Program-made: the position numbers and the translations under genes | The notes under the pieces: generated by a model | Seen by the model: only the letters and a program-made list of their open reading frames with translations | The model's database searches: none | What the model was told of the DNA's origin: nothing | Source of the DNA: Guillardia theta CCMP2712 | Taxonomy: Eukaryota > Protista > Cryptophyta | Length of the DNA stretch: 52,699 nucleotides | Reading direction: 5' to 3' | NCBI RefSeq assembly: GCF_000315625.1 | Contig: NW_005434613.1 | Span: 1 to 52,699, forward strand | Part shown: piece by piece, positions 22,810 through 34,509 of the stretch | Layout of the letters: the number at the start of each line of letters is the position of its first letter | Numbering within the stretch: position 1 is the first letter of the stretch

Positions 22810-23690
22810 GATGTGCTTCAGCACAAATTGGCTGCACCCCGATGCTCTGATCTTTCTGTTCGCATTGCATTGGGAGGTTTTCTACCTGCTGTTAGTACTT
22901 GTTCCTCTTCCCTAGTGGCCCATTGAAGTTGATGCGGCAATCCCCTTCGATCCATCGCCTGCCAAGTGCGGCCCTAGTCCGTCCCCCTTTCATCGTTCGA
23001 GGCTTGCTCTGTGTGTATATCCGAGGCTCTGGGGAGGGTGCGGCGGCTGGAGGTTAGGTGGAGGGGGGGGAGCTTCCAGCGGTGTGGAAGGCGGCTGTCC
23101 GCAGGACCGCCACGTTCCTCGCTTGTCCTTGCCCGCCCTGCTCCCCCTCGTGTCCCCAAAACCGCTCATCTTTCCATGGTACCTCTGTTTCCTTTGTCGT
23201 CTGTGGATCGCATGAGCGTCTTGGGCTATGGTTAGGTACAATTCCCGTGATGAGCTCTGCTGTTTGCCATTCCCAAGTTGCAACCCGTATCTTGCGCGTG
23301 TTGTAAAGCTCTGCAGACTAAACGCTCCGCACAGAGCGCATCCAGCAGCAGATGCTTCGTCCTCTCTAGCCATTGCTGAGGTTGGGGGATGCCTTGCTGC
23401 CTACCTGTGTTGAAGGCTTGTTGTTGTGTCGGCCTTCTTGTGTTTGATATCAGCAGCAGATGCAACAGTACGAAAATCCCGCAGTTATGACTGTCTGTTT
23501 GTTGCAGCCCAGCTGACACAGATAACCTCCATACCGTTTCGTGCTCCTGCTGGTCGCTGAAGGCCTGCTGCCAGGTCCATTCGCTGTGCGCCCTCCAGCT
23601 GAAACTGTGCCTCCCCTTGACTTCTGACTGTCCCCAATTCTCTCTTAGACGCTACTAGTTAGGACCCAATGGTTCCCGTCTTTGCTTTCT
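22810..23690 (-). mobile_element. Decayed element fragment with a Ulp1/C48-like protease, possibly followed by an APE-like N-terminus
   Basis: DGNHWVL (23660-23680) and LQQTDSHNCGIFVL (~23463-23507) match the Ulp1 catalytic His and Gln/Cys motifs, with a stop and a frameshift between them. Weak INFNG...EAH at ~22810-22935. Confidence 0.5.
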
Positions 23691-23812
23691 TTGTCCTCCA
23701 CTCTTGATCTCTCAAACAAGCCGCAACTATTCGTGGCAGGACAATAGTCCCTCTCTGCGACCCGACCTGGTTTCTAGTTTCTTGCTCGCATACCTCTTGT
23801 CTTGTAGCAGCC

Positions 23813-24460
23813 GTGCTACTTGAAATCTGTCTGGCCCGGCGTGCGGCCGGACTCCGGACGTTCCGGAACTGTCCGTTGCGAGGTCGAGAGAGTCACTCTG
23901 TGCAAGGCGTACCCGGCACCAGACAGAACGTTTCCCAACATGGCCCTGAAGATCATCATGTGGGGGACTTCGAACTTCCGCAACTGCAGGCGACTGGAGG
24001 TGTCGGATGGCATGGCTTAATCCTGGACTTCAGCATGTCACATGTTTTTGACAATGATGGAATACCGGACCTCGCTCGGAGCAAACTGCAAGCAGCAGCA
24101 CAGCGGAAGATCCGAGGGCATCGTAATGCATATGCTCAGCACGTCCCGCCAAAGGCCTTTCTTCCCATCATCGCCAGCACTGATGGAATCTTGCAGGACG
24201 ATGCGTTGCGCTTTGTTCTGTGCCACGGTGGTTGGCGGATCGCTCGGCGAACAAGGAAACGGCAGCGATGGATGGTCTCACGGCCTCGCAAGACGTCTCA
24301 GGTGATCCGACTTGTAAACGCATCCGGTCCAGGATCTTTCGTCAGCTCAAGGCCTCCCTGTCCTTCGGTGCTATCATCGTCCGGTCCAGGATCTTTTTGT
24401 GCGACTGTGTCAGGGGCCTCCTCGACTCTCCTGATTGTCCTCGTACTGATTTTAACTTAA
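23813..24460 (+). mobile_element. 3' remnant of an RLE-type non-LTR retrotransposon related to the 3759-5030 element
   Basis: VGDFELPQL...WHGLILDFSMSH...AQRKIRGHRNAYAQHVPPKAFLPIIASTDGILQDDALRF aligns motif-by-motif with MGDLWLPGL...WNWLVLDFTMTH...AQQKISDHRASYGTHHPPNAFLPFTAGTDGLLDADALRF; frameshifted at ~24220. Confidence 0.8.
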
Positions 24461-25116
24461 CTTTGAGTAAAAAGACATTCTATGATGATGCAGTCATGGT
24501 GCTCTGCTGCGGCGACTCGGATGCCGCCCGGGCCATGATATCTTTTTAGGCTGACATTTCTTTTTTGGACGGAATATATACTTATCAGGATATCTTGCTG
24601 TGACATAGGGGTACCATACATGTGGTTTCATGGGGTACTGGGTAATCCTGCTGGCCTCCTATTATTACTAATAAAGCTACTCAACTTCCCATGAAGTACC
24701 CCCCTCACAGTCTTGGAATGGACCCGTCCTCCAGCAACATCGAGGGTTCACTAACTTAGGGTGGAAGTTCCGCCATCAACTTGGGATTTACTTGTGTGAT
24801 TCAGGGTGGCATATTTTGTGTTCAAAATTTCAAAATTCCTAGAAATAATTACGGAAAGTTAAAACCTGGAGGAATCCACCTCACGACCACACTATTTTCC
24901 GTGTGCCCCCAGGGTCGCTGCAGTACCCTACCCCAAAATCATCATATCAGATGTACCCTCTTCTACCCCATAAATCCCCCTCATCTAACCGGTGCACTCC
25001 TACAACCCACCCCGGAAGGTCCCCCTGACTCTGTCACAGTGTCGTCTTGGAGTACCCCACCTCCTCAAGTCCATATCTATACTGTTGGGGGAGAAAACAC
25101 TATTGAGGACCGAAAA

Positions 25117-25217
25117 CAGGACAGGACAGGACAGGACAGGACAGGACAGGACAGGACAGGACAGGACAGGACAGGACAGGACAGGACAGGACAGGACAGG
25201 ACAGGACAGGACAGGAC
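25117..25217. repeat. (CAGGA)n pentanucleotide microsatellite, ~20 copies
   Basis: Directly visible. Confidence 0.95.
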
Positions 25218-25594
25218 ATGCAGCAGGGTAGGGCAGGGCGGGACAGGACAGGTCGGGAAAGGGCAGTGAAAGGCAAGGCAGGGCAAGGCAGAGGTGATGT
25301 GAGCAGGCGGTAAAACCAAGGAGAATTTCAACCCAGAAGCTAAATGTTATGAAGCTTGAGACATTGAGCCAAGAAAATTGATCTGACCCGTATGTATGAC
25401 AGAGTATGGGATCCGATTTCAGTCACTTGCTTCAGCAAGAAATGACCAGTGGGTCATGCTTTGCAAACAAAACGAAACAAGAAACGATGAACTGCAAGCA
25501 GATCGCCTACCGACATGAAATGGTAAGCTGAAATCAATGTTTGTTACCCCGCCATCCCTGATAATGATCTTCGCTGCTGCAGATGACTTCACGG

Positions 25595-26005
25595 CGAGAT
25601 TGCTCGTCCTTCACTCGAGTCGGCGGGCAGCTTCCTACTCATGCTTATAAGGTCGACTACTTCCTCAACCCTCACCTCGACCCCAACTACTCCACAAGAC
25701 CCGTCGACCGAGACCGCGTGTGGGACCCCAAGACCCGCCGGCTCTCAAGGTAGGAAGAGCTCGAGAGAGCGAGCAGCAAGACACTCGCTCACGCCATCGC
25801 CGCAGGCTGTCGGAGCTCGACCCGTCAGACTTCTTGCACGCACCGGCAAAGACCGTAAAGGAGGAGAAGCGAGAGCTCTGGGCGCTGTTTGAGGGCGCCA
25901 AGGCGGTAGGGGCGGTGGTAGAGACGAAGGCGCCAGAGGCAGAGCAGCCGAGGCGGAAGTCGTCATTGATGGAGGCGGAGAGGATGCGAGATGCGTTGAT
26001 GGAGC
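25595..26005 (+). repeat. 411-bp segment, copy 2 of the inverted duplication, within a possible chimeric gene (~25515-26112)
   Basis: Same exon-intron-exon block as 15144-15554 but with unrelated flanks; ORF 25720-26112 has a different C-terminus. Confidence 0.9.
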
Positions 26006-26493
26006 CCTTGCCTGGTGGGAATAGCGGGGTTGATGCTTTTGATCTGTCATCGTTAAGTGGAGCGGAGCTCATGAAGCTTGAAACGCAATTTGAGCATTTG
26101 ACTAAGGATTGATCGCAACCAAGCACAGAAATGATGAAAATTCCCACATGGCGCACAAGGTTTCGGCCTGTGGGCCAATTATTGTTTAGCATAGCAGTGT
26201 GTAATTTTAATACGATTATGAAGAACGTAGCTACAATGAATCGGTTGGTCATATACCAACATTCGAGCATTGACTTCTACTTTGTGCAACGATGTGAAAC
26301 TTTGATAAAATGTTGTACTGAGTTTTTTTTCAAAAGAGATATAAACACTGGCATTTGTGAAAGAGGAGTGAAGCGATGGACAGAATTGAAAGCAAATGAG
26401 CTTTTTATTTATGGGAGAATGATACAAGCTTTCCCCGCAAAGGTTCCATCGACTTTCATTGATTCTGCTGAAGTGGGTTTGGCCTCTCCAAAG

Positions 26494-27712
26494 TCACCTG
26501 CCATCTTTCAGTTCCTCTCCTCCCCTTCGCACTTCCATCTCTGCTCTGTGTAAAACCTCGGGGTCGAAGTCGACGTCACCCGAGGCGTAGAACCACTTGC
26601 CATCCTCCTTCACAAATCTGCTTCTCTCCCTGATCCGTTGTAAGCTCTCATACCACATGACTAGACAAGCCAACCTGAAATCGGCGGACGATGAATCGGA
26701 AGCTCCATGGAGTTTAACTCGTCGAAGTGTCTTTTCAATAGGCTTAGAAGCGTGAGAATGTTAATCGTCTTACTTGTTTCACTCCCTTGGGAGCATTCTC
26801 AGGTGCCTTCTCCTCTGAAAGACAACCCGCGTCACTCAGGTCGCAACTCAGCCCTCGCTTACTAGCTCTGAGCCTAGCGATGAACTCGATGAAATGCTCG
26901 TCACTGTCTTGCCCTCCCTCCTCCTTCAGGATCTGTACAAATTTTAGGGCTCATGGCAAGCCAGACAGTGGGACCTCCAAACGGACAAAGTCGAAACCGT
27001 CGCAGAAGCCTGAAACAGCAGGTGACGCTTGGCAAGGGAGGAACCCCGGAAGCGAACGAGCAAGGCAGGGAGGGAGATGGAAGCAAGGGATGTTGTACCT
27101 AAAAGTTCATTGCGCCACTTGTTCCTCTGAGATCGCCAGTCGGGATTAGTTGAATGGGTTGAATCCATAATCCATGTGGGAAGACGATACGCATAAGCTG
27201 AGTACCTGACAACATGTGTTGCTCCCTGTCTAACGTCCTCGCACGTGCACTCACCTGCTCCTGATCATCTCAAGAGGAGTTGAAGGCCATCTGACCCCAT
27301 CATGGATCTGTTTGCAGCACTCTCCGTATGAGGCTCCAGAGCAGCAAGCGCAGCTACATGATTGTCAACAACCTACTCCCCCTTGCACTTATCCCTGATA
27401 CCTTTCACTGTCTTCCGGGGTTCGGCCAAGGAGCTCAGTGGGAACACTACCAAAACCTTTGAACGAGGAGGAGGATCCCTGGCGACAAATCAGCGTCTAC
27501 TACCTTCATCATAACTTTCGATCTCTTTTTACCTTGGACTTTGCTGCCATAGCAAGTGAAGTCACACCAGGAGCCGAGGAATGCTGAGAGAAACTCTTTG
27601 CCGAGAGGGATGGAGCAGACTTGTATGGAAAAGGAGAGGAGCAGGAGGAGAGCAGAAGCAGCAGAGGAGGGGGAGGAGCGAAAGTCATACTGCTCGCCAT
27701 CGCCCCTGCCAT
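26494..27712 (-). CDS. YchJ/UPF0225 (SEC-C metal-binding) family protein, probably organelle-targeted, multi-exon
   Basis: Exons encode CACCSGASYGECCKQIH, AYAYRLPTWIMDSTH, FIEFIARL and RERSRFVKEDGKWFYASG, the YchJ motifs; S/P-rich N-terminal extension. Confidence 0.8.
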
Positions 27713-28191
27713 GGGGGGCCGCGAGGAGCCTCAAAGTCACGTTACGTATCGTTACCAAACGTTATTCCGGTTACAATCCAACGGTCTTCAAGCACTCAGC
27801 GCAGGCCCCGGCCCGGCCCGGGCGGCCGGGGGCGGGCCGCCCGGCATCCGATCCGAGTCATTCTGCAACATGATGCAATCTTCATCAAATCGTTTTAAGT
27901 TCTTTAGGCATCACTACATGGAAAACATGCATTCAAAAGATCATTCAATCCATCTCAAGTTCCGCCATTGCGCCTGCACGCGGCTAACTTAGTAAGGCTC
28001 ACCGCGCTGCCCGGGGACTCCCGACATGCCATGACTGTACAGATTCAGTGTGAGTCACGGCGGTTGGGCCTTTGAAATGAAAGCCTGGTCGCCGCCGTAC
28101 TAGTATGCGACTTCAAGAGTTTTCATTTATTCTTCGGTAGTCATTATCAAAAAACACCATCACACGACTAAACATCAATGACACTATTCAT

Positions 28192-29859
28192 TTAACGAAT
28201 CAACAACAAGCTGCTCATCACCAGCACAACAATCATAAGACCATTGGTAACCACCCGCGAGGCAGGAGAAGCCTTGGGGGCATTGGCCCCAGTCACAGTG
28301 CTGGGCGATGCCGCAGCTCCAGCGGGGCTGCCAGTTGGGCTGTAGGTAGTGCTGGCAAGGGCAGAGGAAGGAGCTGCGGGAACTGCACCGGGCGAGATGG
28401 AGACAGCGAAGGTGCTGAAGTGAGTGACGTTGACCATGCACACGCAGACGCCATTGACGTACTGGGACTCGCAAGACTGCACGTACTCGGGAACCTCGTT
28501 CTCATTGGTGGCGTCACGAGCTGAGTAGATGGCGAGGGACGAGGCGGCGAGCTGACAAGAGTTCGCGTCCTTGATGCTGTCCTCGTGGACGGGCATGTGT
28601 ACCTCCAACCCCGAAGTCACTTCGATCTCAGCCGAGGGGTTGATGTTCAGCGGCCTTCCCCTCAAGCGCCTCTCCGAATGGTGATGTCTGAAGGCTCCGT
28701 ACTGAACGACTGAGTCGGGGGGGTTGGAGAAGGTGAAGTTCACAGCTGCATCCGAGTAGCTCCTACGGTCACGTCCCCGCATGCGCTTGTGAGACCCTTT
28801 GCGAACTCGCATGCCACCATGATACTCATTGTCGCGCCCTCGCACTTCGATCTCGTGATCGTGCGAGCTGTCGGACTCGTGATGCTCTGGCTGCTCCATG
28901 CGCTTTGGAGGAGGGCTTGAGCAATCGGTCTTGCAGATGTGCATGGGCAGCCCTTGCTCGTTCAGTTCAACCGTGTTGTTCGCATCCCTCAGCACTCCGC
29001 ACACCTTCTGACCAGTTGGGCAACCGGTGAGATTCGCACACTCGGCTGCCGAGGATGCACACACACCATCGAGCTGCGAGCACTGCACCAATCCAGCGCC
29101 ACATCCATCCCAGAAGACACGCTGCGCGCACGAAGAAAGGTTCGCAGCGCAAGAAAGTCCGTCCATGCACAGCACTGGCTTGTCTGCAGGGCAGTAGGAA
29201 GTGTTTCCACAGAAGTCAGGAGCAGAGTTGCACTCAAGGTTGGGGCAACGGTAGGGCCTGTCGGAAGAGCAGCGAGTGGAGACAGCAGGACACTGAACAC
29301 TCAGGGGAACACATCCAATCTCGTCGCAGTAGCGCTGACTGGCATTGCAGCTAGACTGTCGCTCAGAGTAAAGGGTGACGAGGGTGCTGTTGTTGTCGGT
29401 GCAATCCTTCAAAGTCTTCATGCACATGCCGACATTGCTCGCTGTCACCCATCCCTCCTTGGGGCAAAGTGCAGGAAAGCTTGCGTTGCACTTGGACATT
29501 TCGAGAAGCCTTTCAGAGACGTATGCATCATGCCTCTCCTGATCCATGGAGGCTGCAACAGGCGGCTGGACGCAAGGCAAGTTGCCTCCTCCGAGGAAGG
29601 TGGAATCTGGGCACGTACAACGCCCAACCTGATGAACGACTGTGACGACTCTCCATCCTCTTCGCTCATTTTCGGTTTCCGTGGTGTAGGTGCATGTCGC
29701 AGCAGCAGTGCCACAGACGACTCCGTTCTTGCTCGGGCAGGAGGAGGTCTCAGTGATGCTCTCGTACCAGTGCCCTCCTCTCTCTCGTGCTGCAACCGAG
29801 GTTGCGAGGCAGAAGCTGATCAGAAGCACAGCGCTGACCCGGGTTTGACACATCATCAT
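28192..29859 (-). CDS. Secreted/surface Cys-rich protein with a GPS-like motif and a C-terminal GPI/TM signal; intronless
   Basis: Signal peptide; EGF-like and CPxxxPxxCxDGxC repeats; CESQYVNGVCVCMVNVTHFSTFAV; S/A/P/T stalk; hydrophobic C-terminus. Confidence 0.8.
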   Translation of the reverse strand: MMMCQTRVSAVLLISFCLATSVAARERGGHWYESITETSSCPSKNGVVCGTAAATCTYTTETENERRGWRVVTVVHQVGRCTCPDSTFLGGGNLPCVQPPVAASMDQERHDAYVSERLLEMSKCNASFPALCPKEGWVTASNVGMCMKTLKDCTDNNSTLVTLYSERQSSCNASQRYCDEIGCVPLSVQCPAVSTRCSSDRPYRCPNLECNSAPDFCGNTSYCPADKPVLCMDGLSCAANLSSCAQRVFWDGCGAGLVQCSQLDGVCASSAAECANLTGCPTGQKVCGVLRDANNTVELNEQGLPMHICKTDCSSPPPKRMEQPEHHESDSSHDHEIEVRGRDNEYHGGMRVRKGSHKRMRGRDRRSYSDAAVNFTFSNPPDSVVQYGAFRHHHSERRLRGRPLNINPSAEIEVTSGLEVHMPVHEDSIKDANSCQLAASSLAIYSARDATNENEVPEYVQSCESQYVNGVCVCMVNVTHFSTFAVSISPGAVPAAPSSALASTTYSPTGSPAGAAASPSTVTGANAPKASPASRVVTNGLMIVVLVMSSLLLIR

Positions 29860-31539
29860 TTGAGGCAAGCGGTGTATGGGAGGAGCTCTTAGCCCTTGTA
29901 AAGACTCGTAGGATCGATAGGAGTAGAGCAGCAGCAGCAGCAGGTGGAGGAGCAGGAGGCGGTGGTGGTGGTGGAGGAGCGACTGCGAACGAGGATGGAG
30001 CGACTACGACCAGAATGCTTTTCGCGGGACTTTTATCGGTCCAGCAGGGCCAGGGAAGAGGGGTGGGGTGATTTGATAGTCCTCTACCCACCTCATGAAA
30101 ATGAACCTTATTTTCACTACCCCTGCCTCTGAGATGATTTTTACTGACACCCCTCGCTTGTTAGTGAGCAGATACACAACCCCTACCCCTCTCTTAGTTC
30201 ACTACCCCCATGTCTAGAAATTCTTTCGTTACCCACCCTACTTTGTTGACTGTCAGCAATACTTTACCACACACCTCGATAGACCTAACTACCTTCAAGT
30301 ACCCCTCTTTCCTCGTGAAAAAGTACCCCACCCTCTCGACTTATGTCATCCCTCACATTGCTAATAAGTAGCACCAGGCGTACCCTTCGTGTTTATAGTT
30401 AAAGTACCCCTACCCCCTAGCATTCCCCACCTCCCCTTTATTTCGGGGGGTAGCGCCTCCAAGGATGGAGGAGGATTTGCATCCGTAAATGGATGCAGAG
30501 GTTCCAAGAGTAAGTTTTATTAGTCACTGATAAGGCGGGCCCGGCGTTGACTCAAAATCCAAGATCATGACGTAATGGCCTGAGTCGGGCAGTAAATTTC
30601 ACTAGAACCGAGGCGTGTCACGGTGTGGCGACTCGGTATCATCTGCCGGTCATGGCAGCCGGGCTTAGTACTGTTATTTCCTTAGCGTGCCACAGCGACA
30701 CGAGTGCTGGCACTGGCCCCCGCCGCGGCCGGGCGGCGCGGGGGGATTCAAGCAGTCCTGCGGCGCGCATTAAGTGAAGGTATCAGTTAAATTTCAAAGC
30801 CTGTTTGGGGGACTGTACACCGGACTCAGTGACTCGGTTGGCAGGATTGCCCCCGGTTCGCCGGGTTCTCGCTGTCTTTTCTCCATAGCGTTGCCTTTCT
30901 CAATTGACCTTGTAGCTCTAAAACGTTTCGCGGTGAGGGTGGTAGATTCAAATCCACGCATACCACGCCTCATGTGGGGGCGGGGTGGGTCTTCCGACCG
31001 TGTTCCGAATTCAAATCACGAAGAGCCAAGCAGGACTTTTTCAGGGGTAGGGTCTTCTTGAGTACAATTTCTTGGTACCAGTTAGTACAGTCCGAACCAT
31101 GTGACTTTGGTACTCTTTTGATACCATTCGGGGTTCTCCCCTATGTATTGTACACACCCACGGTACAAGTATAACCCCACTCCCATGAAAAATCTTCAAG
31201 CATGCTGGTGATTGCTTCATCCCTTGAACCTGGGGCCTGTCCGATCAAATCATATGGGCATACATAAGAAAACTGCAAGCCTGTATGTGGGGTCGGCCTG
31301 AACCATTCAATTCAAATGAGAGGGGGTGATGGAGGCGGGACTCCTTCGGATCCGAGAACCCCTCCGTTTGAGTCATTTTGGGTGGTGGGGTGGGTATGGA
31401 GCACCCTCAACTACCCACCTTTGAACCAGTTTGAAACTCTACAATAGGGGGTGGGGGTAACCCCCATTTCTCATTCCCCAAGCCCCCTCTCCCTGGACGA
31501 GCAAGAAGCGATGAAATGGTGCCTTCCTGACTCACCAGG

Positions 31540-33385
31540 ATGAACCTTGATATTGAGAGACTTCGAATCCAACCCAACTGAGATAGAAATGAGATGAAGA
31601 TCTCATATCATACCTGTAAGAGATGATCGAGCTTCTTTCTCAACTCTACAGGTTGGGCCAAGGTTTTGAATCATCCATCCTGCAATGGAATATGCACCCT
31701 AGGTTCAAACAATCCGCGGGTGTACTTGCAAATATTCTTCGAAGACAAGATGAAATTTTTATGATCAGGTAAGGAATTGATAATCGATACACCATTGAAC
31801 AGAATCAACTCTGGCTTGACCCTTTATTCAAATTGCCGTAGGTTGCACGTTGCGCTCAAATGCATGACTGTGATTTGTGAGAAATTTGTATCCAGCTGTA
31901 CCTTGAGCGACTTTTCTGTCTAGATATGTGTTCTCATGTCATCACTTGCTTTCAATTCTTCTAGTCTTACAGTCAGGATTCATGCACTTCACCTTTCTAT
32001 GGAGGCAAGTCTTACATGCACTCAACCGTTCAACGATACATGAAGAGACGTTTGCACAGAAGATGACTGTTCCTGCCCGCATAGATGACTGTAGAGAACC
32101 GTTGTTGATCATGAATCACTATATCCATGATCATATTTCGATGATTTTTCCGTTTCGCTTCAAATTTTTCCTCGTTCATGATATTTTCACAAGGATTTCG
32201 ATTGCACAGAAACCTAGTCAGAAATGAAACAATGTGCAGATGACGCCTTTGCGTATCAATAAATGAGACGTTCATCGGATCAATCCTGTCTTGGTGTCGC
32301 AATGCTACCGTGCAACTGTAGTGTTCTTGTCGCATGGCTCTACAGAGGAGTGCCTTGTTCAACAGAGCAAGCACTCGATGATTGCAATCGAGTCGCAAAC
32401 ACTGTGAATCAACAAACAGAATTGCACATTCAGGTTATCATATCTTTATTAGAAGAGTTACAATCAGGGTACAAGCACAACCGACCTCCCTGTAATCCTG
32501 AAGACGTTCCATCTTTTGCCTGGCGAGGGTGTATCTGCGTTAACCAAGAAGCATGTGACATGTGGCCACATCTTGAATGCTCTACGGTCAGGAATATCAG
32601 CATCTTCAAAACGGCTCTCTTGTTTGCTGTGACATCAACTGCTTGGTAGCGGTTCATCCGATGAACAGAATCTGATGCAAGTTCACACCAGTAATATTTA
32701 CATGATGCATCAGTCAGTGTGATGAAATTGGTGATTTGCAAAATGTTTCATCGTTCCAACACATCCTTAAGAATTGGATGAAGAATCCTTCACGAACCAC
32801 GGGACTTACTTGTCATCATTCGATTGTACTGAGGATCATCTTTGTTTCAAGCATCAACCTGCTCCGACCGTGACTGCTAAAATGCGCTGTAGATGTTCAT
32901 TTAGAACTTTCTGTTGAGCTTTTCCTTCAGTTTTGCATGTTCTTCCATGCAGTGAGATGACCATGTCAATATTTTGCCTAGACCTGATCGACTCCCGAGT
33001 CCTGAACTTATCTTTGTTTGTGCCCATTTCATGTCACAACCTTTTCACATCGGGACAGTTCTGCGATGTGTCGAAAACCCCTTCGTATGCAGCCATTGTC
33101 TCGAGAGTTTTGTATGCTGGGCGGCTTACTGGTACGTCTACGTACTCCTGGATACCGGTTTGTAATATTGGTTGGGCACTTGCCAAAGTCTTCACCCGTT
33201 CATCAATCTCATACAAGTTGCCAAAGGCTGCAAATCATTCCAACCTGCATCAAGAACACGTCATTTGGATCTCTTCCCGTGATAATTTCGATGAAAAAAA
33301 AAAGAGATAAATGCTCACCTGACTTGTCTTGCTCTGTCAAACGCTGCACATCCTCATATCTGTACGGCTTCGCAGAGTTCACAGT
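31540..33385 (-). pseudogene. Decayed, AT-rich, spliced gene with Cys-rich segments (possibly TE-borne)
   Basis: Same-strand coding-like fragments (e.g. ACKTCLHRKVKCMNPDCK) with many in-frame TGA stops; intact intron GTGAGC...GATGCAG at ~33245-33318. Confidence 0.4.
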
Positions 33386-33395
33386 GGCGGGAAAC

Positions 33396-33921
33396 TTTCA
33401 GGCCGGAGGAGCGTGACACACAAAGATTTCAGGCCGAACACCCCCTCAATTTTCAAGTTGTTCCATGTAGGTTGGACTTGCTCCAAACTATATGGAACAA
33501 CTTGAAACTTGGAGGAGCGTGACACACAAAGATTTCAGGCCGGAGGAGCGTGACACACAAAGATTTCAGGCCGAACACCCCCTCAATTTTCAAGTTGTTC
33601 CATGTAGGTTGGACTTGCTCCAAACTATATGGAACAACTTGAAACTTGGAGGAGCGTGACACACAAAGATTTCAGGCCGGAGGAGCGTGACACACAAAGA
33701 TTTCAGGCCGAACACCCCCTCAATTTTCAAGTTGTTCCATGTAGGTTGGACTTGCTCCAAACTATATGGAACAACTTGAAACTTGGAGGAGCGTGACACA
33801 CAAAGATTTCAGGCCGAACACCCCCTCAATTTTCACGTTGTTCCATGTAGGTTGGACCGTGTTGCTTGCGTGACACACAAAGATTTCAGGCCGAACAACC
33901 CCTCAATTTTCAAGTTGTTCC
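33396..33921. repeat. 137-bp tandem repeat array carrying 57-nt hairpins and 31-bp subrepeats
   Basis: Identical hairpins at 33451-33507, 33588-33644 and 33725-33781, plus two degenerate left arms; subrepeat GGAGGAGCGTGACACACAAAGATTTCAGGCC. Confidence 0.95.
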
Positions 33922-34509
33922 AAATATTTTTTGTGGCCCTGAATCATTTCGGGCGCACTGAGTGTTCCAAGTTCCGGCATGCCATGAGTCAGCGCCGCCC
34001 GGGGCTCAGGGCGCGGCAATGCCAGGCAGGCCAGCCTCCGAGTCGGACGCGGGCTCCGAGCCTCCGAGTCGAGTCCGGCGCGGCCGCAGCCCGGCGCGTG
34101 ACACGGTCACCGTCGGCACTGCCGACTCTTAATCATCCGCCGGGATCCGAGTCAGCATGCCAGCCATCATCGGCAGTGCGGCCAGTCCGATCAGATAGCC
34201 CCGCTGCCATCAGTTATGATTGAACACTGAAAACTCAAGGTCCGACGGCCGCGGCCGGGCGAGCCGGACTCTCCGGCGGACCGGTCCCAGGCTTCAAGGC
34301 TACCGGTGAGTCAACCGTTGAACGGTTGAACGGTCACCCGGGTGAGAGTCAAGTTCCGAGCCAGGCGGCGGCCCCACGCGGCGGCAATGCCCGGCGGTAC
34401 CGGGCAGTGGGCCGTCCGTGTGATGAACAGCGGCGGCGTTGCAATGATGCTTGAGTTTCATATTCTAGCATACCACTGTGACAGTCGGGAGTCACGTCTC
34501 ATGTGCAGA

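Noticed and set aside
28939-29892. 317-aa plus-strand ORF, and similar antisense ORFs over the channel and NACHT genes
   Set aside because: Antisense shadows of GC3-rich real genes; no recognisable motifs.
33396-33921. CRISPR-like array
   Set aside because: The sequence between palindromes is itself identical in each unit (no unique spacers), and no cas genes are present.
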